From positions 32,203-96,202 of the forward strand of contig JAZNQD010000064.1 in the NCBI GenBank assembly GCA_045589955.1: DNA of 64,000 nt, in the 5' to 3' direction. This document shows, piece by piece, positions 58,960-64,000 of the stretch. Origin of the DNA: Bacilli bacterium. Its GTDB lineage: Bacteria; Bacillota_I; Bacilli_A; ML615J-28; CAG-313. The position numbers and the translations under genes are program-made. The stretch's first letter is position 1, and each line of letters opens with the position of its first letter. A model generated the notes under the pieces. The model saw only the letters and a list, made by a program, of their open reading frames with translations, did no database searches and had not been told where the DNA came from.

Positions 58960-60075
58960 ATGCTAGAAGTAAGAGAAGTAAAAACAAGAAAAGAAAAAAA
59001 GCAATTTCTTGACTTTCCTCTAAAAATGTATAAAGGAAATAAGTGTTTTGTTCCACCTCTTTACGCAGACGAAAAACAAATATTCAAAAAAAATTACGTA
59101 TACTATGAAACATCAGAAGCAGTATATTACAATGCTTATAAGGATGGAGTAATGGTCGGAAGAATATCCGGTATACTGCAAAAAGCAAGTAATGAGAAAT
59201 GGAAACAAAACCGAGTTAGATTTACAAGATTTGACTCAATAGATGATCAAGAAGTTGCTAATGCATTATTTAATGCGGTTGAAAAATGGGCGAAGGAAAA
59301 AGGGATGGATGAAGTTGTTGGACCATTAGGATTTTCTGATTTGGAACGCGAAGGACTTTTAATCGAAGGATTCGATGAAATTGCCACTTTTGAAGAACAA
59401 TATAACTTTGCTTATTATCAAAAATTGATTGAAAATTTAGGGTATGAAAAAGAAATTGACTGGGTAGAAAGAAAGGTCTATTTACCGGACGAAGAAGACC
59501 ATCGCCTTGAAAAATTAATACCTTATATTATGAAAAAGTATAATCTTTCATTTGCTCAGTATAAAAGTATTAACGAATGTATAAAAAAATATGGTGAAAA
59601 ACTTTTTGCCATTATTGATGAAACTTATGAACATATATATGGCAGTGTTCCATTTACAGATGGAATGCGAAAGATGTTAATAAGTAATTTTAAAACCATT
59701 GTTAGAAAAGAAGACATTATTATGATTGTCGATGAAAATGATCGGGTTGTTTGCTTTGGCCTTGCTATTCCCGCAATTGGTGAAGCTCTTCAAAAATCAA
59801 ATGGTCATTTGACTCTTCCAACAATAATTAAAGTTCTTAAAGCCAAGAATAATCCTAAGGTGTTAGACTTAGCTTTAATTGGTGTAATTCCTGAATATGA
59901 AATGCGTGGAGTTTCTTCTATCTTAATTAAATACGTTATGGATAAATTAAAAGAAGGTTTAGAACATATGGAAACTAATCTAAATCTAGAAACGAATTAT
60001 CATATTCAAAACCAATGGAAGTCTTTTAAAACGGTACTACATAAACGTCGTCGTGCTTATATAAAGAAAATATAA
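58960..60075 (+). CDS. Tandem GNAT-fold protein (YghO-like)
   Basis: VPPL, GRI, RFDSIDD, VGPLGFSDLEREGLLIEGF, YNFAYY, LIGVIPEY. Confidence 0.8.
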   Translation: MLEVREVKTRKEKKQFLDFPLKMYKGNKCFVPPLYADEKQIFKKNYVYYETSEAVYYNAYKDGVMVGRISGILQKASNEKWKQNRVRFTRFDSIDDQEVANALFNAVEKWAKEKGMDEVVGPLGFSDLEREGLLIEGFDEIATFEEQYNFAYYQKLIENLGYEKEIDWVERKVYLPDEEDHRLEKLIPYIMKKYNLSFAQYKSINECIKKYGEKLFAIIDETYEHIYGSVPFTDGMRKMLISNFKTIVRKEDIIMIVDENDRVVCFGLAIPAIGEALQKSNGHLTLPTIIKVLKAKNNPKVLDLALIGVIPEYEMRGVSSILIKYVMDKLKEGLEHMETNLNLETNYHIQNQWKSFKTVLHKRRRAYIKKI

Positions 60076-60101
60076 ATCAACCAAATGGTTGATTTTTATT
60101 T
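60074..60101 (+). terminator. Intrinsic terminator
   Basis: aaatcaacca-aa-tggttgattttt. Confidence 0.75.
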
Positions 60102-60199
60102 TGCTCTTTAAATAGTAAAAAATGCCTCTTACAAGAAATGATATTGTCAGTATTATTGAAAAATGATATAATATTTATGTAAAGAAAAGGAGGATGCTA

Positions 60200-61408
60200 A
60201 TGAAAAAATTATTTAAAAATGCCTTAGTTTTGGCAATTTGTTTAATGATGTCTTTTTTCCTAATTGGATGTAAGAAAAAATCAGAAGAACAATCATTATC
60301 TCGTGTAACAGTTGATATTAACCCAAGTATTGAGCTAATAGTCGATGGTGAAAATAAAGTTGTTTCTGTAACAGCTTTAAATGACGATGGTAATATTATA
60401 ATTGTTGGCGAATCTATTGTTGGAAAAACTGCTGAAGAAGCAGTAAGCTTAATTGTAAGCATTGCTACAGATACTGGTTATTTAGTTAAAGGCGAAGTAT
60501 CTGGTGATGAAAATCAAATTAAAATTTCTGTATCAGGAAATGAAAAGTTTCAAGAAGAATTGTATAGTTCAATCAAAAAAGAAGTAGAAAAAGTTATTTC
60601 TACTGAACATATTAAAGCTTCAGTTCAAAAACAAAATGCTTTAGTAAAGGAACAATTAGTTGAACTTGCCCTAGAACTTGATCCAACATTATCAAATAAA
60701 AATCTTAATGAAATGAGCGAAGCAGAATTATTAGAAGTAATAAAGCAAGCAAGATTAGAAACAGCATTTTTATATTCTGAAGCGCTAATTGAAATGTATA
60801 ATGAACAAAAAGCACTTGAAATTCAACTAGTTGAAAATGAAAAAACACAAGAAGTTATTAATTCATTAGATGCTAGTTACCAAGTATATAAAGATGCATA
60901 CTCAAAAATGTTATTGTCATTTGGTGAACTTATCAGTGATGCAAAACAAATGTATTTCGATTCACTAGTTGATCCAAGTAGTGACTATCAAACATACTAT
61001 GCTAAACTTCTAGATGCAAAAGCAGATTTAATTGCTCAAAAAGAAAAAGTGGCAGCTTTAGAAGAAGGTGCTGAAAAAGAAATTGCTAAGTCTATTCTTG
61101 CTTTAAAAGAAACAACTTATAATAGCTTAGTTGAAAGTACTAATAATGCATATAATTTATTTAAACAATTATTTGATCAATTAATCCTTCAACTTGAAGC
61201 ATTAGAAGCTCAATTAAAAGCTTATGAGGCAGAATTACCAAGCGAGATTAAAACAATGTTAAATAGTAAAGCAGCTGAAATTGAAAGTGCATGTAATCAA
61301 GTAAAAGACAATTTCTATTTAGAGTTTGAAAAAGAATTTGATGATGAAATTGAGTATTACAAGAATTTAATGCAAAGCAAAAAAGCACAATTAAAAGCTC
61401 AAGAATAA
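60200..61408 (+). CDS. Lipoprotein with RsgI-like extracellular domain and coiled-coil C-terminus
   Basis: Lipobox LIGC; VTVDINPSIEL...V.ALNDDG motif of RsgI periplasmic domains. Confidence 0.72.
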   Translation: MKKLFKNALVLAICLMMSFFLIGCKKKSEEQSLSRVTVDINPSIELIVDGENKVVSVTALNDDGNIIIVGESIVGKTAEEAVSLIVSIATDTGYLVKGEVSGDENQIKISVSGNEKFQEELYSSIKKEVEKVISTEHIKASVQKQNALVKEQLVELALELDPTLSNKNLNEMSEAELLEVIKQARLETAFLYSEALIEMYNEQKALEIQLVENEKTQEVINSLDASYQVYKDAYSKMLLSFGELISDAKQMYFDSLVDPSSDYQTYYAKLLDAKADLIAQKEKVAALEEGAEKEIAKSILALKETTYNSLVESTNNAYNLFKQLFDQLILQLEALEAQLKAYEAELPSEIKTMLNSKAAEIESACNQVKDNFYLEFEKEFDDEIEYYKNLMQSKKAQLKAQE

Positions 61409-61674
61409 TAATAAATAGCAAGTATATAGAGCCTATTAACTATAGGATAAATCTATTTACTTGCTTTTATTATTTAAACATTATTATTTTACAAATTATT
61501 AGAAATATAGTATAATATAGGTAGAAGATTGTGATTATAAATATATTACTTTTGTAATAACTCTATTAATTCGCTTTTTAAAATACCCTTTAAACCTCAG
61601 TATTATATTTTTATTAACATTATAATATGAAAGGCTTAATAATCACAAATTATATTTATAAGGAGACTATTAAT

Positions 61675-62025
61675 ATGGAAAAGAAATTTGAAGAAGTTAG
61701 TAAAAATATACTTTATACTGCTGTTGGTGCAGTGGTTGTAGTTACAGAAAAAACACAACAGTTTCTAGAAGAATGCCGAATTAAAGGCCAAGAAGCATGC
61801 GAACAATATGCAATCAAAAATGAAGAATTAAAAAGAAGTGCCAAAGAAGCATTTAAAAAAGATGTTAATGTTACTGTTGTATCTGATGATGAAGATGAAA
61901 ACCAACCCGAAGAAACAGAAGATATTTTAAGTAAAATTGCTAAACTTAGTAAAGAAGAATTATCAAGGGTAAAAGAAAAATTAAGCGAATTAGAAAAAGA
62001 AGAAGCTCCTGCTTCAGAAGAATAA
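61675..62025 (+). CDS. Phasin-like small protein
   Basis: ILYTAVGAVVVVTEK..FLEEC..KG pattern; directly upstream of the UbiB-like kinase; AGGAG RBS. Confidence 0.6.
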   Translation: MEKKFEEVSKNILYTAVGAVVVVTEKTQQFLEECRIKGQEACEQYAIKNEELKRSAKEAFKKDVNVTVVSDDEDENQPEETEDILSKIAKLSKEELSRVKEKLSELEKEEAPASEE

Positions 62026-62029
62026 ATTA

Positions 62030-63646
62030 ATGGCTAATAAATTTATTATTGACCAACGTCGATTAAGAGAAATTACAAGAGTATTATTAAAACATAAAAT
62101 CCAATCTGGATTAAATCCAGAAAAAGTACGCAAGATTGCTGAAGACTTAGGGCCAACATTTGTAAAAATTGGTCAAATCCTTTCAATGCGTGATGATATA
62201 ATTCCTCTTGCATATTGTGAAGAACTAAAAAAACTACGCCTTAATGTTGCGTATATGCCTTTTAATGTTGTAAAAGAACAAGTAGAAAAGGCAACTGGTA
62301 AAAGTCTAAATGAACTTTTTAAATCAGTTGATGAAGAACCTCTTGGATCTGCATCAATCGGTCAAGTCCATAAAGCAACTTTATTAGATGGAAATGATGT
62401 TGTTTTCAAAGTAATGCGTCCAGGTATTTACCAAATGGTTGAAAGTGATTTACGACTATTTAAAATCGCTCTTAGCGCTAATAATCTTATTCCTCAAACA
62501 AAAGGTCTTAATATTAATATCGAAAGTCTTATTGATGAGATTTGGAAAATTATGGCTGAGGAAATGGATTTTACACATGAAGTTAACAATCTAAAATTAT
62601 TTAGTTCCTTAAATAAAGACTATGTATATATATCAACACCTAAAGTCTATGAAGAATATACGTGTAAAGAATTCTTTGTAATGGAATATATTGATGGAAT
62701 TCAAATCAGTGATAAAGAGAAACTTTTAGAAAATGGTTATGATTTACATGAAATTTGTGAAAAATTTGCAAACAACTTTTTAGTTCAAATTGTTGAAAAA
62801 GGTTTATTCCATGCGGATCCGCATCCTGGTAATATTTTAATTCGTGATGGTAAAATAGTCTTTATCGATTTTGGTAGTGTTGGCTTAATTTCAAAATATG
62901 ATCGCAGCATTTACAAAAATGCGATAATTGCCTTTATTAATCAAGATGCTTACGAAATTCAAAAAATCGTTTTATCATTTGGTATTTTAGATGAATCTAA
63001 ATTGGATTATTCATTATTATATACAGATATTGAATCAATGTTATTTAAATATTCTGGTATGAGTGCTGGCGATGTTGATTTAGGAACATTACTAGATGAA
63101 TTACTTAAGATTATTAGACACCATCCAATTGTATTACCAAAAGGTTTCACTGCATTTGGTCGAGCTATTTTAACAATCCAAGGTGTTATTAAGGAAGTAG
63201 ACCCATCAATTGATTTAGTTTCTATGTTTCTTAATTTGATTAAAAGTGATATTTTCAAATCAAATGATATAAGACAAAAAACATTTATTAATGCGTCAAG
63301 AACAATTAATGCTTTAAGTAAAACATCACAAATCCCTACTCAAGTATCAACTCTTCTTGATCTTGGTGTTAAAGGAAAAGCACGATTAAATCTAGATATT
63401 AATAATATTGATAAACTAAACAAAACTCTTAAGAATGTTGCAACAAAAATTGCTTATGCACTAGTTATTGGCACATTTGCTTTAGCACTTGCAATAATTT
63501 TAGCTGCTTTATTATTTTCACAACAACATATCTTGATTACACTATTTGCTATTTTTGTTTGTGTATGTGCACTAGTTTTAATTGGTGGTTTATTATTTGC
63601 CCTAATAGCTTACGTTATTGGAAATTATTTCAAAAAAAATAAATAA
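62030..63646 (+). CDS. UbiB/AarF/ABC1 family atypical kinase
   Basis: LGPTFVKIGQ, LGSASIGQVH, VFKVMRPG, FHADPHPGN, IDFG; C-terminal TMs. Confidence 0.93.
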   Translation: MANKFIIDQRRLREITRVLLKHKIQSGLNPEKVRKIAEDLGPTFVKIGQILSMRDDIIPLAYCEELKKLRLNVAYMPFNVVKEQVEKATGKSLNELFKSVDEEPLGSASIGQVHKATLLDGNDVVFKVMRPGIYQMVESDLRLFKIALSANNLIPQTKGLNINIESLIDEIWKIMAEEMDFTHEVNNLKLFSSLNKDYVYISTPKVYEEYTCKEFFVMEYIDGIQISDKEKLLENGYDLHEICEKFANNFLVQIVEKGLFHADPHPGNILIRDGKIVFIDFGSVGLISKYDRSIYKNAIIAFINQDAYEIQKIVLSFGILDESKLDYSLLYTDIESMLFKYSGMSAGDVDLGTLLDELLKIIRHHPIVLPKGFTAFGRAILTIQGVIKEVDPSIDLVSMFLNLIKSDIFKSNDIRQKTFINASRTINALSKTSQIPTQVSTLLDLGVKGKARLNLDINNIDKLNKTLKNVATKIAYALVIGTFALALAIILAALLFSQQHILITLFAIFVCVCALVLIGGLLFALIAYVIGNYFKKNK

Positions 63647-63653
63647 TAGATTT

Positions 63654-63689
63654 TAAAGGATATATGGTTATATATATCCTTTTTCTTTT
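63654..63689 (+). terminator. Intrinsic terminator
   Basis: aaaggatatat-ggttat-atatatcctttt. Confidence 0.7.
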
Positions 63690-63754
63690 AGGATTGTCAA
63701 AATAATATATAAATGATATAATATAGTATAGACAAATAAGGAAAGGAGTATATT

Positions 63755-64000
63755 ATGTTAATAACGTTTATCTTTATTGTTTTTATAATATTATTATCGA
63801 TTATTATAGAAATAAGAACACAACAAAAGAAACGTGTTATTATTGCATCATCTGGGCTGTATGCGTTTGTATTATATTTAGTAATTTTTGATACATTCAA
63901 AGACTCATCAGTATTGATGTGGTTTATAAAAATTAGACCTGATTTAATTCTTGAATCACTTGCTCCTAACCTCCTTAGAATATTTACAACTAATCCTTTT
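63755..64000 (+). CDS. 3'-truncated membrane protein
   Basis: AAGGAG RBS, ATG 63755, open hydrophobic frame MLITFIFIVF... to the window end. Confidence 0.65.
   Translation, partial: MLITFIFIVFIILLSIIIEIRTQQKKRVIIASSGLYAFVLYLVIFDTFKDSSVLMWFIKIRPDLILESLAPNLLRIFTTNPF

Overview
AT-rich chromosomal window from a low-GC Bacillota genome using the standard code (TGG=Trp, tRNA-Trp CCA). The lipoprotein-rich content suggests an uncultured gut Bacilli/Mollicute-adjacent lineage, which is an inference. Housekeeping blocks are cdaA-ispDF, tsaE-tsaB-rimI-tsaD, a divergent groES-groEL, glnS-pcrA-ligA, uvrA, lgt-HAD-whiA and ubiB-like. Several sporulation-associated genes are present (yunB, cwlD-like, ydcC-like, DUF1540, DUF378) with sigmaE/sigmaG-like promoter motifs. 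The window also holds a complete IS200-type element, about nine predicted lipoproteins, and an integrase-less accessory island (~46.6-52.7 kb) downstream of tRNA-Trp/tRNA-His. The most unusual observations are: (1) a lipoprotein with a circularly permuted D-Ala-D-Ala carboxypeptidase domain (KTG precedes SxxK and SxN), divergent from an orphan C-protein-like regulator; (2) a YwaF/TMEM164-type membrane enzyme fused to an ABC ATPase, heading a permease/lipoprotein operon; (3) a duplicated ~110-130 bp non-coding element with tandem palindromic 19-mers bracketing a Fic gene; (4) a tRNA-Trp whose 5' and 3' halves look like they come from two different tRNA-Trp genes. All family assignments come from motif recognition by eye; no database searches were run.
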